From Clostridia bacterium (GTDB taxonomy: Bacteria; Bacillota; Clostridia; CAKSNL01; HGM11501): a stretch of DNA of 64,000 nt. The stretch is taken from positions 1 through 64,000 of the forward strand of contig JAZQAZ010000029.1 of assembly GCA_045545475.1 (NCBI GenBank), given 5' to 3'. Position numbers and translations under genes: made by a program. Shown here one piece after another: positions 1 to 9,778 of this stretch. The notes under the pieces were generated by a model. The model ran no database searches, was not told the origin of the DNA, and saw only the letters and a list, made by a program, of their open reading frames with translations. Position 1 is the first letter of the stretch. Every line of letters starts with the position of its first letter.

Positions 1-168
1 AGCATACGCCTTAACATTGCCTGTCATATTCTCATAATGCATGGAAAGAGAACATCCTCCGAGAACGATGTTGTATGTATCAAGGAAAAATCCGTCCGAT
101 TCTGCAATTTCGTGCAAATATCTTTGCGCATCCTCCGAAAAGCTGTTTCCTATTGACAAAATATTCAT
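1..168 (-). CDS. DUF4886-like / SGNH-type hydrolase, N-terminal part (runs off window)
   Basis: Manual translation MNILSIGNSFSEDAQRYLHEIAESDG...IVLGGCSLSMHYEN; GNSF motif; RBS AAAGGAGG upstream; follows the GH31 gene. Confidence 0.6.
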   Translation of the reverse strand, partial: MNILSIGNSFSEDAQRYLHEIAESDGFFLDTYNIVLGGCSLSMHYENMTGNVKAYA

Positions 169-184
169 AACATAGCCCTCCTTT

Positions 185-2191
185 TTATATTTTACCTATC
201 AGGTAGCTTTGTTTTCCGTTTCTTAAGAAAATCGGTATTGATTCAATCGGTGCGTCAACCTCAACTGTTACACCGCCATCGTAAACACTTCCGTCACTTG
301 CGAAAGTCCATGTTGCACCTTCGGGCAAATATACACTGCGACTTCTTGCTTTTTCATAGCATACGGGCGCAACAAGTATATCTCCGCCAAACATATATTG
401 GTCCTTAATTTCCCAAGCGTTTTTATCTTCCGGAAATTCATAGAACAGTCCACGAATAACAGGGCTTCCTTTTTCGTGTGCTTCCTTCATTAAAGACCTT
501 GTGTAATCACGCATCAATTCTCGGATATCAATGAATTTGCACATAATTTTGCAGTTTTCCTCGCCATAGCTCCAAACTTCATTATCTGCACCTGTAGGTT
601 CACGATATTCTCCCGCCTTATTTATTATATTCTTACGGGGAAGTCTTGAGCCGTGCATACGCATTACAGGTAAGAAAGTACCATATTGGAACCAGCGAAT
701 TAAAAGCTCCTTAAACTCTTCATCTTCAATATTTCCGCCTGCAAATCCGCCAATATCCGTTGTCCACCAGGGAATTCCGCTTAATCCCATATTAATGCCG
801 GCGCAAATCTGCTTTCTAAAATCAGTATAGCTTGAATGAATATCTCCCGACCATACCAAAGCACCATATCGCTGACTTCCCACCCATGCACATCTGCACA
901 GGCTGACAACATCTTTAACGCCTTCTTTTTGCAATCCCTCATAAAACAATCTTTCAAACTCTCTCGGGAATACATTTCCGATTTCCGATACCGTTCCCAT
1001 ATGATATCTGTAGCACTCATAATCGTATGGAATAAATTCCGGCTCCGCTTCATCCAGCCAGAAATTTTCTATTCCTAAATTAAAATAATTTTCCTTACAT
1101 TTTTCCCATACGTACTCACGGGTGGCAGGATTTGTTGGGTCAAGAAACACATTGTTTCCATGGAAAATCATCTGAACATCAACGCCGGAATTACTTTTCA
1201 CAAGCAATCCCTTATGCTTCATTTCCGCATAATTTACACTTCTCGAATCAACCTGAGGCCAGAAGGAAACCATAGGCTGTATGCCCATTTCTTTAAGTTC
1301 TTTTACCATAGATAAAGGATCGGGGAAAAACTCTTTATCAAACTTAAAATCGCCGCATCTCAGCCAATGATAGTAGTCAATAACCAGTACATCAAGAGGA
1401 ATGTTTCTTTTTTTGTATTCTCTTGCAATTTTCAAAACCTCTTCCTGATTATAATAACGAAGCTTGCACTGCCAGTATCCCAAACCATATTCCGGCATCA
1501 TAGGCACCGTACCTGTGGCTTTTGCATAACTTTCAAGAATTTCAGAAGGCGTATCTCCCGCTGTTATCCAATAGTCAAGTTGCTTTGTTGTTTCCGCAAT
1601 CCACTGGGTCGTATTTACTCCAAAATGAACCTCGCCTATTGCCGCATTATGCCACAAAAAGCCATAGCCTTTGCTTGAAATATAAAACGGAATACTTGCC
1701 TGTGAATTTCTGTGAGCAAGTTCAAGATTACATCCTTTTAAGTTTAAGATGTTATGCTGATACTGCCCCATACCATATATTTTTTCTTCTGCATCTGACT
1801 CAAATGTTTGTTTTATCTTATATAAATCTCCTGCAACAGTTTTATATTGTCTTGGTCTTTTGTGAAGTGCTCCGCCACATGAAATATCCCGAAGCAAAAC
1901 TTCACCCTTTTTATTTTTATATTCAATTTGAACCGTATCCCCGCAATACAAATCCTCTATTACGCTTAAGCTTGCAATAATATTTCCGTTTTCAATGGAT
2001 GCGCATTTTTCTTCTATTACAATATTTGTATCAGTATATTCCGCTTCTAAAAGAGCAATTTCCCCTTCTTTAATACCTCCGAAAAAAGAGGCACGGGTTC
2101 TAAAACTGTTTTTTCCCCAGGGTCTTAATTCAACTACTTCGCCATTGCCTGTAAAAACAAGTGAATTATCTTTTTTACTGAAGTATCCCAT
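185..2191 (-). CDS. GH31 alpha-xylosidase
   Basis: IYGMGQ, GYWQCKLRY, FWLDEAEPE (nucleophile), WSGDI, TTDIGGF motifs; in xylose operon. Confidence 0.9.
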   Translation of the reverse strand: MGYFSKKDNSLVFTGNGEVVELRPWGKNSFRTRASFFGGIKEGEIALLEAEYTDTNIVIEEKCASIENGNIIASLSVIEDLYCGDTVQIEYKNKKGEVLLRDISCGGALHKRPRQYKTVAGDLYKIKQTFESDAEEKIYGMGQYQHNILNLKGCNLELAHRNSQASIPFYISSKGYGFLWHNAAIGEVHFGVNTTQWIAETTKQLDYWITAGDTPSEILESYAKATGTVPMMPEYGLGYWQCKLRYYNQEEVLKIAREYKKRNIPLDVLVIDYYHWLRCGDFKFDKEFFPDPLSMVKELKEMGIQPMVSFWPQVDSRSVNYAEMKHKGLLVKSNSGVDVQMIFHGNNVFLDPTNPATREYVWEKCKENYFNLGIENFWLDEAEPEFIPYDYECYRYHMGTVSEIGNVFPREFERLFYEGLQKEGVKDVVSLCRCAWVGSQRYGALVWSGDIHSSYTDFRKQICAGINMGLSGIPWWTTDIGGFAGGNIEDEEFKELLIRWFQYGTFLPVMRMHGSRLPRKNIINKAGEYREPTGADNEVWSYGEENCKIMCKFIDIRELMRDYTRSLMKEAHEKGSPVIRGLFYEFPEDKNAWEIKDQYMFGGDILVAPVCYEKARSRSVYLPEGATWTFASDGSVYDGGVTVEVDAPIESIPIFLRNGKQSYLIGKI

Positions 2192-2232
2192 TTATTATCA
2201 CTCCGTTTCCGTATATGTTTTTCCTGATAAGC

Positions 2233-3549
2233 TTAATTAAACATCACATTATTAATAACACTTTCAAGATATTCCTGCCTGCCGCTTTGAGGTTCTATTG
2301 TACTTCCTAAGTTTTCAGCATAAGCTGCAAGTTCTTCGAGTGTTGTTCCGCTTAAAATCTTTTTACCGATTTCGGTATTTGTAAAGCTTTGGTATTTTTC
2401 CTTTACAAACTCTTCAATTCTGCCGTCTTCAATTAAAGCCGCCGCCTTGATAAGCCCAAGTGCAAAGGTATCCATAGCAAGAATAAATCCGTGGAACATA
2501 TCCTCATAGGTATTGCTAGGTCTGCGGTTTTTAGCATCAAAGTTGAAACCGCCCGTAAGTCCGCCTGCTTTAAGAACCTCGTACATACAGAAAGTTGCAC
2601 TATATACGTCCGACGGAAATTCATCGGTGTCCCAGCCAAGAAGCATATCTCCCTGGTTAGCATCAATGGAGCCAAGCATTCCGTTGATTGCAGAAACCCT
2701 TAATTCGTGCTGGAATGTATGTCCTGCAAGTGTTGCGTGGTTTGCTTCAATATTCATCTTAAAGTCTTTATCAAGACCGTGTGCTTTTAAGAATCCGATT
2801 GCTGTTGCCGCATCAAAATCATACTGATGCTTCATCGGCTCCTTCGGCTTGGGTTCAATATAGAAATCGCCATTAAATCCGATAGAACGGCCATATTCAA
2901 CCGCCATCTTCATAAGTCTTGCAATGTTTTCCTGCTCAAACTTCATATCTGTATTGAGAAGTGTTTCATAGCCTTCTCTTCCGCCCCAGAACACATATCC
3001 TCTTCCGCCAAGTTTTACTGTAAGCTCCAGTGCCTTTTTAACCTGGGAAGCCGCAAAACAAAATACTTCTGCGGAATTTGTACTTCCTGCTCCATTCATA
3101 AATCTGGGGTTTGAAAACATATTCGCCGTACCCCAAAGGCACTTAATGTTTGTACCTTCCATTTTTTCCAATATGTAGTCTGTAATTTCATCCAGTCTTT
3201 TGTTTGTTTCCTTGATATCCTCAGCCTCGGGCACAAGGTCAACATCGTGAAAGCAGAAATATTCAATACCCAATTTCTTCATAAATTCAAAACCGGCATC
3301 TACTTTTGCTTTCGCATGAGCCATAGTCCCTTTTTCCGAGCCAAATGATTTATCGGCGGTGTCTCTGCCGAACATATCTGTACCTGCCGCACAGAGGTTA
3401 TGCCACCAAGCCATTGCAAAGGGCAAATGTTCTTTCATAGTTTTGCCCATAATAACTCTGTCTGCATCATAATACTTAAATGCAAAAGGATTTTTGCTGT
3501 CCTTACCTTCATATTTAATCTGTGGAATGTTTGAAAAAATCTCTTTCAT
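2233..3549 (-). CDS. xylA: xylose isomerase (class II)
   Basis: [49 protein letters not shown]. Confidence 0.97.
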   Translation of the reverse strand: MKEIFSNIPQIKYEGKDSKNPFAFKYYDADRVIMGKTMKEHLPFAMAWWHNLCAAGTDMFGRDTADKSFGSEKGTMAHAKAKVDAGFEFMKKLGIEYFCFHDVDLVPEAEDIKETNKRLDEITDYILEKMEGTNIKCLWGTANMFSNPRFMNGAGSTNSAEVFCFAASQVKKALELTVKLGGRGYVFWGGREGYETLLNTDMKFEQENIARLMKMAVEYGRSIGFNGDFYIEPKPKEPMKHQYDFDAATAIGFLKAHGLDKDFKMNIEANHATLAGHTFQHELRVSAINGMLGSIDANQGDMLLGWDTDEFPSDVYSATFCMYEVLKAGGLTGGFNFDAKNRRPSNTYEDMFHGFILAMDTFALGLIKAAALIEDGRIEEFVKEKYQSFTNTEIGKKILSGTTLEELAAYAENLGSTIEPQSGRQEYLESVINNVMFN

Positions 3550-3561
3550 TTCTCTTTCCTC

Positions 3562-5040
3562 CTATATCAGTTCTTTATATAATTCTTTTATTGTCGGATA
3601 TATTTTTTTGTACTTGCGGTAAGATGCTTCGTATCTTTCCGCTATTTTTGCATCAGGCTTTATTTTTTCCTTCTTTGTTACCAGTTTTTCGGCACATTCT
3701 GTAACAGATTTATACTCTCCCAAAGCAACCATGGCAAGCATTGCCGCTCCAAGCCCCGGCCCTTCCTCAACAGCGGGAACTTCAAGTGTAACTCCAAGAA
3801 CGTTTGCAATAATCTTTTTCCACAGTTTTGATTTTGCTCCTCCGCCGCAGATTGTACTTACCTTTACATCTATTCCAAGATTTTTTACAATTTCGAGGTT
3901 GTCACGAAAGGCAAAGGCAACTCCTTCCAAAATCGCCTGTACCATATCCTGACGTGTTGTATCAGGAGTCATTCCGATAAACAGTCCTCTTGCATCGGTG
4001 TCATTGATAGGACTTCTTTCACCCATCAGATACGGCAAAAAGTATATGCGGTTTTTTCCTAAATCTTCGTCTGTAATGTCCATCTGTTCTCCGTTGTAAT
4101 CATCGCTCTTTAGAATTTCTTCATAGAACCATTTGTTGCAAGATGCCGCAGACAATATACAACCCATAAGATGATATCCGCCGTCCGAATGGCAGAAAGA
4201 ATGGAGAGCGTTAAACTTATCCACTCCGAACCTTTCGGATGAAATAAAGATTGTGCCCGATGTACCTAAGGATATATTGCATTTTCCATTTCCAACGGTT
4301 GCTGTGCCTATTGCCGCACCTGCGTTATCACCTGCACCTGCCGCAACTTTTACACCCTCTGAAAGGCCAAGCATCTTTGCTGTTTGCGGCAAAACTTCAC
4401 CGATGCATTCATAACTTTCATAAAGCTTTGGCAGTTGTTCTTCCTTTATGTTGCATATTTCAAGCATTTCTTTTGACCAGCATCTATTCTTTACATTAAG
4501 CAAAAGCATTCCCGATGCATCTGAATAGTCTGTCGAAAATACACCGGTGAGACGATATGCTATATAGTCTTTCGGAAGCATTATTTTTGAAATCTTACAG
4601 AAGTTTTCTTTCTCGTTATTTAAAAGCCATAAAATTTTGGGTGCCGTAAAACCTGCAAAAGCAATATTTGCGGTATAATCGGACAATTTTTGTTTACCCA
4701 CTACCGTATTAAGATACTCGGTTTCTTTATTGGTTCTGCCGTCGTTCCAAAGTATTGCCGGACGAATAACTTTATCATTTTCATCCAATATCACAAGTCC
4801 GTGCATCTGACCTGCTACAGAAAGACCTTTTACAGTTTTCGCATCAAAGCCTGCGAGTAATTCTCCAATACCGCTGACAAATGCATCCCACCAGTCCTCA
4901 GGATTTTGCTCACTCCAGCCGGGGTTAGGATAATACACATCATAATTTTTAGTAACCGAGTTTAATATTTCACCACACGCATCAACAAGCAAAAGTTTTA
5001 AGCCTGATGTGCCAAGGTCTGCACCTATGTATAAATTCAT
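3562..5040 (-). CDS. xylB: xylulokinase
   Basis: IGADLGTSGLK, GQMHG, ILWNDGRT, PYLMGERSP; start placed at MNLYIG behind GGAGG. Confidence 0.95.
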   Translation of the reverse strand: MNLYIGADLGTSGLKLLLVDACGEILNSVTKNYDVYYPNPGWSEQNPEDWWDAFVSGIGELLAGFDAKTVKGLSVAGQMHGLVILDENDKVIRPAILWNDGRTNKETEYLNTVVGKQKLSDYTANIAFAGFTAPKILWLLNNEKENFCKISKIMLPKDYIAYRLTGVFSTDYSDASGMLLLNVKNRCWSKEMLEICNIKEEQLPKLYESYECIGEVLPQTAKMLGLSEGVKVAAGAGDNAGAAIGTATVGNGKCNISLGTSGTIFISSERFGVDKFNALHSFCHSDGGYHLMGCILSAASCNKWFYEEILKSDDYNGEQMDITDEDLGKNRIYFLPYLMGERSPINDTDARGLFIGMTPDTTRQDMVQAILEGVAFAFRDNLEIVKNLGIDVKVSTICGGGAKSKLWKKIIANVLGVTLEVPAVEEGPGLGAAMLAMVALGEYKSVTECAEKLVTKKEKIKPDAKIAERYEASYRKYKKIYPTIKELYKELI

Positions 5041-5071
5041 ACTTACACCTCCCAAAGTCTCAAGAGTTATA

Positions 5072-5725
5072 TTATTTTGAAGAAACTGACTCCCAATCTT
5101 TTAAAAACCTTTGTATACCCGCATCTGTCAGAGGATGCTTTGTCATTTGCATAATCACACCATATGGTACTGTTGCAATATGCGCCCCTGCTTTTGCGGC
5201 ATCAATCACATGAACCGGATTTCTCGTACTTGCGGCAATAATTTCTGTATTAATAGCGTGAATTTTAAATATTTCAGCAATATCAGCAACCAAATCTGCT
5301 CCTACCCAACCAGTATCATCAATTCTACCCATAAACGGACTAACAAATGTTGCTCCTGCTTTTGCTGCAAGAAGCGCCTGAGCCGCAGAGAATATAAGAG
5401 TCACATTTGTCTTAACTCCCTTATTGCTTAAAACTTTGACCGCAGCCAACCCCTCAGGTGTAATTGGGATTTTAATAACCAGATTTTTGCAATCAATGGC
5501 ATCATAAATAGCCATCGCTTCCTTAACCATTCCGTCCGCATCAAGGCTTATTACCTCTGCACTTATAGGACCATCAACAATAGAGGCAATTTCCTTTACA
5601 ACCTCAACAAAGTCCCGTCCTTCTTTTGCAATCAGACTTGGGTTAGTGGTAACTCCACAAATAACACCCATATTATTTGCTTTTTTGATTTCTTCTACAT
5701 TTGCTGTGTCAATAAATAGTTTCAT
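5072..5725 (-). CDS. tal: transaldolase / fructose-6-phosphate aldolase family
   Basis: [37 protein letters not shown]. Confidence 0.88.
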   Translation of the reverse strand: MKLFIDTANVEEIKKANNMGVICGVTTNPSLIAKEGRDFVEVVKEIASIVDGPISAEVISLDADGMVKEAMAIYDAIDCKNLVIKIPITPEGLAAVKVLSNKGVKTNVTLIFSAAQALLAAKAGATFVSPFMGRIDDTGWVGADLVADIAEIFKIHAINTEIIAASTRNPVHVIDAAKAGAHIATVPYGVIMQMTKHPLTDAGIQRFLKDWESVSSK

Positions 5726-5821
5726 TGTTTTCCCCTTTTCTTTGCTGCTCTTAATTTATTAATAGAAAAATCCGAAATCTTCTTCAGATATTGAATTTAC
5801 AAATTCTCCTTAACATCAACT

Positions 5822-5863
5822 TTAGTCTGATGTGCCAAGGTCTGCACCTATATATAAATTCAT
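5822..5863 (-). pseudogene. relic copy of xylB 5' end (13-codon mini-ORF MNLYIGADLGTSD*)
   Basis: 5827-5864 matches 5004-5041 at 37/38 nt; keeps an RBS-like AAGGGAG. Confidence 0.8.
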
Positions 5864-5909
5864 AAACAATGCTCCCTTTTATCATTATGTTAATTATACT
5901 GCTATTTAC

Positions 5910-5938
5910 TTGACATTTCTCGCAAAAAAATATATAAT
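5910..5938 (+). promoter_or_regulatory. sigmaA promoter of AraC gene
   Basis: TTGACA-17bp-TATAAT. Confidence 0.75.
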
Positions 5939-5969
5939 TATGGACAGAATTTGTCTTTTGGGTGGTTTT

Positions 5970-6734
5970 ATGCTTTATCAATTTCAACATTTTGGTATAT
6001 CTGAATATTTTTGTAAAGAATACGGCGAAAACTTTAACTTTCCCGTCCATCTTCACCAATCATTTGAGTTTATTGTTGTTTTGGACGGGGAAATGGAAAT
6101 AACAGTTGACAGCGACATATATACCATTAGTAAGGGTGAGTCCGTACTTATTTTTCCTCATCAGATGCATTCTTTGTCAAGTCATAATTCAAAGCATATG
6201 CTATGCATATTTTCACCCGAGCTGGTACAAGCCTATGCTTCAAAAGTTATAGATAAAAAGCCTTCCAATAATGTAGTTTTGCTGAATCAATATCTTATAG
6301 ATACCTTAGACGAGCTTGCGGAAGACTCTTCAACCTATGAAAAAAAGGCAATACTTTATTCTATTTGTGCAGAATTTGCAAAAAAAGCCGAATATGCAAA
6401 AAGACTTTCATACGATGAAAATCTTTTTCAAATCATATTTAAGTTTGTAGATGAAAATTATAGCTCGGACTGTTCGCTCAGTGATCTTTCCAAAAAAACA
6501 GGATATAGTTACTGCTATCTTTCCCGTTGTTTTAAAAAAACCATAGGAATTTCCTTTAATGCCTATGTAAACCGTTATCGTATTGACAAAGCCTGCACTC
6601 TTCTTAATAATACAAACTGCTCTATTTTGCAATGTGCTCTTGATAGCGGCTACAAATCCGTCCGTAATTTCAACAGAATTTTCGTTAATGTTCTAGGCGT
6701 TACACCAAAGGAATACAGGGAGAAATGCAACTGA
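5970..6734 (+). CDS. AraC family regulator, divergent from xyl operon
   Basis: Cupin HLHQSFEF and C-terminal double HTH (YLSRCFKK...SGYKSVRNFNRIF...TPKEYR). Confidence 0.9.
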   Translation: MLYQFQHFGISEYFCKEYGENFNFPVHLHQSFEFIVVLDGEMEITVDSDIYTISKGESVLIFPHQMHSLSSHNSKHMLCIFSPELVQAYASKVIDKKPSNNVVLLNQYLIDTLDELAEDSSTYEKKAILYSICAEFAKKAEYAKRLSYDENLFQIIFKFVDENYSSDCSLSDLSKKTGYSYCYLSRCFKKTIGISFNAYVNRYRIDKACTLLNNTNCSILQCALDSGYKSVRNFNRIFVNVLGVTPKEYREKCN

Positions 6735-6757
6735 CAATAAGACTTCGTAATTAACTC

Positions 6758-6791
6758 AAAAAAGAAGAAGGAGTGCTCCTTCTTCTTTTTT
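6758..6791. terminator. bidirectional intrinsic terminator
   Basis: AAAAAAGAAGAAGGA-GTGC-TCCTTCTTCTTTTTT. Confidence 0.8.
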
Positions 6792-6883
6792 AAGTCCACC
6801 CCCTTGCTATCCTTGCCGTAAGCTTTACTAATACGACATAACCTTGATAGCGTCGGTAAAATAGCATTTTTTTGTAAAATATC

Positions 6884-8470
6884 CTAATTTATGGATGTCC
6901 TCGGTAACACAAACAAATACCCCTCTTGACCTACAAATGTTGGCCAAGAGGGGTATTTCTGTAATTTCCCACGTGACGTGGAAATGAATGGTGGAGCAGA
7001 TGCGTCAGTATCCGAACTTTCACCCTCAACCAACGCAAGCAACTCTTCCTCACAAACCTTCGTATCTCGGTTCGTGTAATTGTAGACGATAAGAAGCCTA
7101 TCATCATACAAGAATATTTTATGCACAAATGTATTTATTAGTCGCTTTCGATACTCCACATCGGACAAATCGCCGTCCCGAAGCTGGTCAAGCAAGAAGA
7201 TAATCATATCCCTTTCAAGTTTCGGTTTCTCGGCTTTTTCTTTTTGGATTTCAAACTCCAAATCCTCAACAGTCGCTTCGAGTTCCTCGAGGCGTTTTTT
7301 TGTTGTCTTGGTAACGACACCGCTCTCGATGGCAGACATTAAATTATTCAAAGCCTTTTGTGCTTCGGAGAGTTCCGCCTTCAGAGCATCGAGGATGCCG
7401 TCCGACCTTTCGGAAGCCTGAATCTCCATCGCCTTGTCAGCGATGCGGTCCACGAGTTCATCGTTCCCGAGGATATTATAATAGATATTCTCGACAACCA
7501 AATTCTCGATGTAGTCCTTTTTTATATTTTTCTTATCACACGGCAGGGTGTGGTTTTTCTTCGCAGCACACTTATAATAATGATACACATCGCCGTACTT
7601 ACCCGTCCCACTTTCACCAATCATCATCGATTTACAATGACCGCAGAACAACTTCGTGGTAAGAAGATAGTCCACCCGAGCCTTCTTCTTTGCCCCGGCT
7701 TTTTTGTTTTTGTTTAACATTTTCTGCACCTTCTCCCAAAGTTCATCGGACACGATGCGAGGGATAGCATCAGGAACAACTCGGTCTTGATAAATGTAGA
7801 TACCCTTATACCGAGGATTTGAAAGAATACGAGGAAGGCTATTCTTATTAAAAGGCTGCCCTTTTTGAGTTTTAAGGCTCCTCGCATTCAGGTGTTCGAT
7901 GATATCTTTTGCACACCAGCCGTCCGCATACAACTCAAAGATTTTAGCGACAAGCGGTGCTTTCTCTTCGTCAAGAACGATGTTCTTGTCAGCATCGGAT
8001 TTATACCCAAGAGGAAGCGAACCAGTAACCTTACACTTCAATGCACTTTCACGCATTCCTCGCCTTATTTTCTGCGCCAGTTCCGCAGAGTAATATTCAG
8101 CCATACCCTCAAGCAAAGACTCGACAAGGATGCCTTCAGGTTCATCAGAGATGCTCTCCATGACGGAGATGACCTTCACACCGTTACGGCGTAACCTCGC
8201 TTTATAGGTGGCAGAGTCGTAACGATTACGGCAAAAGCGGTCGAGTTTCCACACAAGGATAACATCGAACAACCCCTTCTCGCTGTCTTTTATCATTTTT
8301 TGAAACTGCGGACGATTGTCAGTCTTTGCAGACAAGGCACGGTCGATATATTCACTCACGATACGGATGCCGTTTGTGTTTGCATAGGACAGGCAATCTC
8401 GCATCTGCCCCTCGATACTTTGCTCGGTTTGGTTATGCGATGAAAACCGGGCATATATGACGGCTCTCAT
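6884..8470 (-). CDS. large serine recombinase (integrase)
   Basis: YARFSS catalytic Ser, KLDRFCRN, recombinase domain, CGHC...YYKC zinc ribbon, coiled coil; 3' end crosses the att core. Confidence 0.95.
   Translation of the reverse strand: MRAVIYARFSSHNQTEQSIEGQMRDCLSYANTNGIRIVSEYIDRALSAKTDNRPQFQKMIKDSEKGLFDVILVWKLDRFCRNRYDSATYKARLRRNGVKVISVMESISDEPEGILVESLLEGMAEYYSAELAQKIRRGMRESALKCKVTGSLPLGYKSDADKNIVLDEEKAPLVAKIFELYADGWCAKDIIEHLNARSLKTQKGQPFNKNSLPRILSNPRYKGIYIYQDRVVPDAIPRIVSDELWEKVQKMLNKNKKAGAKKKARVDYLLTTKLFCGHCKSMMIGESGTGKYGDVYHYYKCAAKKNHTLPCDKKNIKKDYIENLVVENIYYNILGNDELVDRIADKAMEIQASERSDGILDALKAELSEAQKALNNLMSAIESGVVTKTTKKRLEELEATVEDLEFEIQKEKAEKPKLERDMIIFLLDQLRDGDLSDVEYRKRLINTFVHKIFLYDDRLLIVYNYTNRDTKVCEEELLALVEGESSDTDASAPPFISTSRGKLQKYPSWPTFVGQEGYLFVLPRTSIN
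6915..6958 (-). terminator. hairpin just outside the left att site; possible original ssrA terminator
   Basis: AAATACCCCTCTTG...CAAGAGGGGTATTT 14-bp inverted repeat. Confidence 0.55.
6989..7016. repeat. left att junction (core + P arm)
   Basis: TGGTGGAG cagatgc GTCAGTATCCGAA. Confidence 0.85.
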
Positions 8471-8501
8471 TCATTACACCTCCTAACTTTTTTAAGATTA
8501 G

Positions 8502-8556
8502 GTATTGTGCAATGCTGGAATTTGTGATATAATATCAATACAACATTGCACAATAC
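8502..8556. promoter_or_regulatory. inverted repeat in integrase leader with embedded + strand promoter-like sequence
   Basis: GTATTGTGCAATG...CATTGCACAATAC perfect 13-bp IR; TTGTGC-17-TATAAT at 8505-8533. Confidence 0.5.
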
Positions 8557-8575
8557 ATTTGTCTGTGTGTTATGT

Positions 8576-8824
8576 TTATATGCTCCGATTGGCGGTGGTG
8601 CGCTGGTCGGAGTTTTTCTTTCGTTCGGAAATCTTGCCCTGCATCACCCCTAAAATAAAAGCGGTCCCTACAATTGTATCATCCTCGAGATGTTCGCCAA
8701 ACAGTTCGTTGATGATTCGGTCGTAAACAATAGCCTGCGACTGATTTATTGCTTCAATAATTTGTGGTTCGGATAAAGCTCGCTTCAAAATGCTTAATTC
8801 TTCGGAGTGCTTTTCCAGTATCAT
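8576..8824 (-). CDS. hypothetical protein (start uncertain)
   Basis: Part of ORF 8576..8944; MILEKHSEEL start fits the gene string between the HTH gene and the integrase. Confidence 0.5.
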   Translation of the reverse strand: MILEKHSEELSILKRALSEPQIIEAINQSQAIVYDRIINELFGEHLEDDTIVGTAFILGVMQGKISERKKNSDQRTTANRSI

Positions 8825-8859
8825 TTTTAATACTTCGCATTCCTTTTCTGTGCATACTC

Positions 8860-9348
8860 TCATTCTACAACACCTCGCTCGAAAAGTTCCGCCATGGAAT
8901 ACTCGGGAAAGTATTTGCTTGTTATGGTGGTTGCTTCTTCCCAATAAAAATCACTTTTGCCTGTTATTTTATCGAATAATGCATCAAGTGATATTTTAAG
9001 TTCCGCAGCGAGTTCTGAAAATGCAATATTTTTACCAAGTAACGATTTGAAAAGTTTGTGATACAGATTTGTTTCCATATCTTTTGAAAGAAAGAAATAT
9101 GCACCTACTTCTGCTGAAGATATCTCTCCGAGTGCTGTTTTCACTTTCTGCATTTCTTCCCATGTAAAATGGCGATTCCCTTTAATCTTTTCACGGAAGG
9201 TTCTCGGGTTCATTTGTACGATGTTTGCAAATTTCTCCATGGTTTTAGCATTGTGCTTAATGCGCTCCTTCAGTAAGATTCCTGAATATTGGAGATACAT
9301 AGTTTTTTCCTTTGCGACATTGGTCGCAGTTTTTAAATTGTTAAGCAT
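8860..9348 (-). CDS. tandem Cro/Xre-like HTH protein
   Basis: Two similar units (FANIVQMNPRTFREKIKG..FTWEE; LAAELKISLDALFDKITG..FYWEE); RBS AAAGGAG and TTGACA-17-TAGAAT promoter. Confidence 0.7.
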   Translation of the reverse strand: MLNNLKTATNVAKEKTMYLQYSGILLKERIKHNAKTMEKFANIVQMNPRTFREKIKGNRHFTWEEMQKVKTALGEISSAEVGAYFFLSKDMETNLYHKLFKSLLGKNIAFSELAAELKISLDALFDKITGKSDFYWEEATTITSKYFPEYSMAELFERGVVE

Positions 9349-9377
9349 GGTTTTGCTCCTTTCTATATTAACTATAG

Positions 9378-9491
9378 TAATTCTATCATAAGTGTAGAAG
9401 AATGTCAACCCCTTGTGTAGATTTTTTCTCATAAGTGTACACATTCTCTTGAAATGTTCTAAAATGTGTGTTATAATTACTTATAATAGAA
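9378..9491. promoter_or_regulatory. back-to-back promoters and operator repeats (genetic switch)
   Basis: Leftward TTGACA-17-TAGAAT; rightward TTGAAA-17-TATAAT (9449-9477); TCATAAGTGTA repeated at 9386 and 9429. Confidence 0.7.
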
Positions 9492-9513
9492 AAAATAAAA
9501 AGGAGGTTTTTGT

Positions 9514-9729
9514 ATGCCTTTTTGCTATAATAAGCTTTGGTTTAAACTCATTGAACACAAAATGACAAAGGAACAGCTGCGAGAAAAAATCAAAGCTTCA
9601 CCCTCTACCATTTCCAAGATGGGAAGGGACGAAACGGTCCACTTGGATGTCATCGACCGCATCTGTACCGAGTTACAATGTGAGCCACAAGATATAATTG
9701 AATATTTACCTTGTCAGGAGCGGAAGTGA
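9514..9729 (+). CDS. small Xre/Cro (HTH_26-like) regulator
   Basis: YNKLWFKLIE...STISKMGRDETVHLDVIDRICTELQCEPQDIIEY; RBS AGGAGG. Confidence 0.88.
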   Translation: MPFCYNKLWFKLIEHKMTKEQLREKIKASPSTISKMGRDETVHLDVIDRICTELQCEPQDIIEYLPCQERK

Positions 9730-9747
9730 ACCGCTCCTGATTTTTTT
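9714..9747 (+). terminator. intrinsic terminator between convergent HTH and TMP genes
   Basis: TCAGGAGCGG-loop-CCGCTCCTGA followed by T-run. Confidence 0.7.
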
Positions 9748-9778
9748 CTTCCAAGATGACAATGTTTTTTGTTATTGA

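Noticed and set aside
5784-6059. 91-aa minus-strand ORF
   Set aside because: Overlaps the AraC start, its promoter and the xylB relic; likely spurious.
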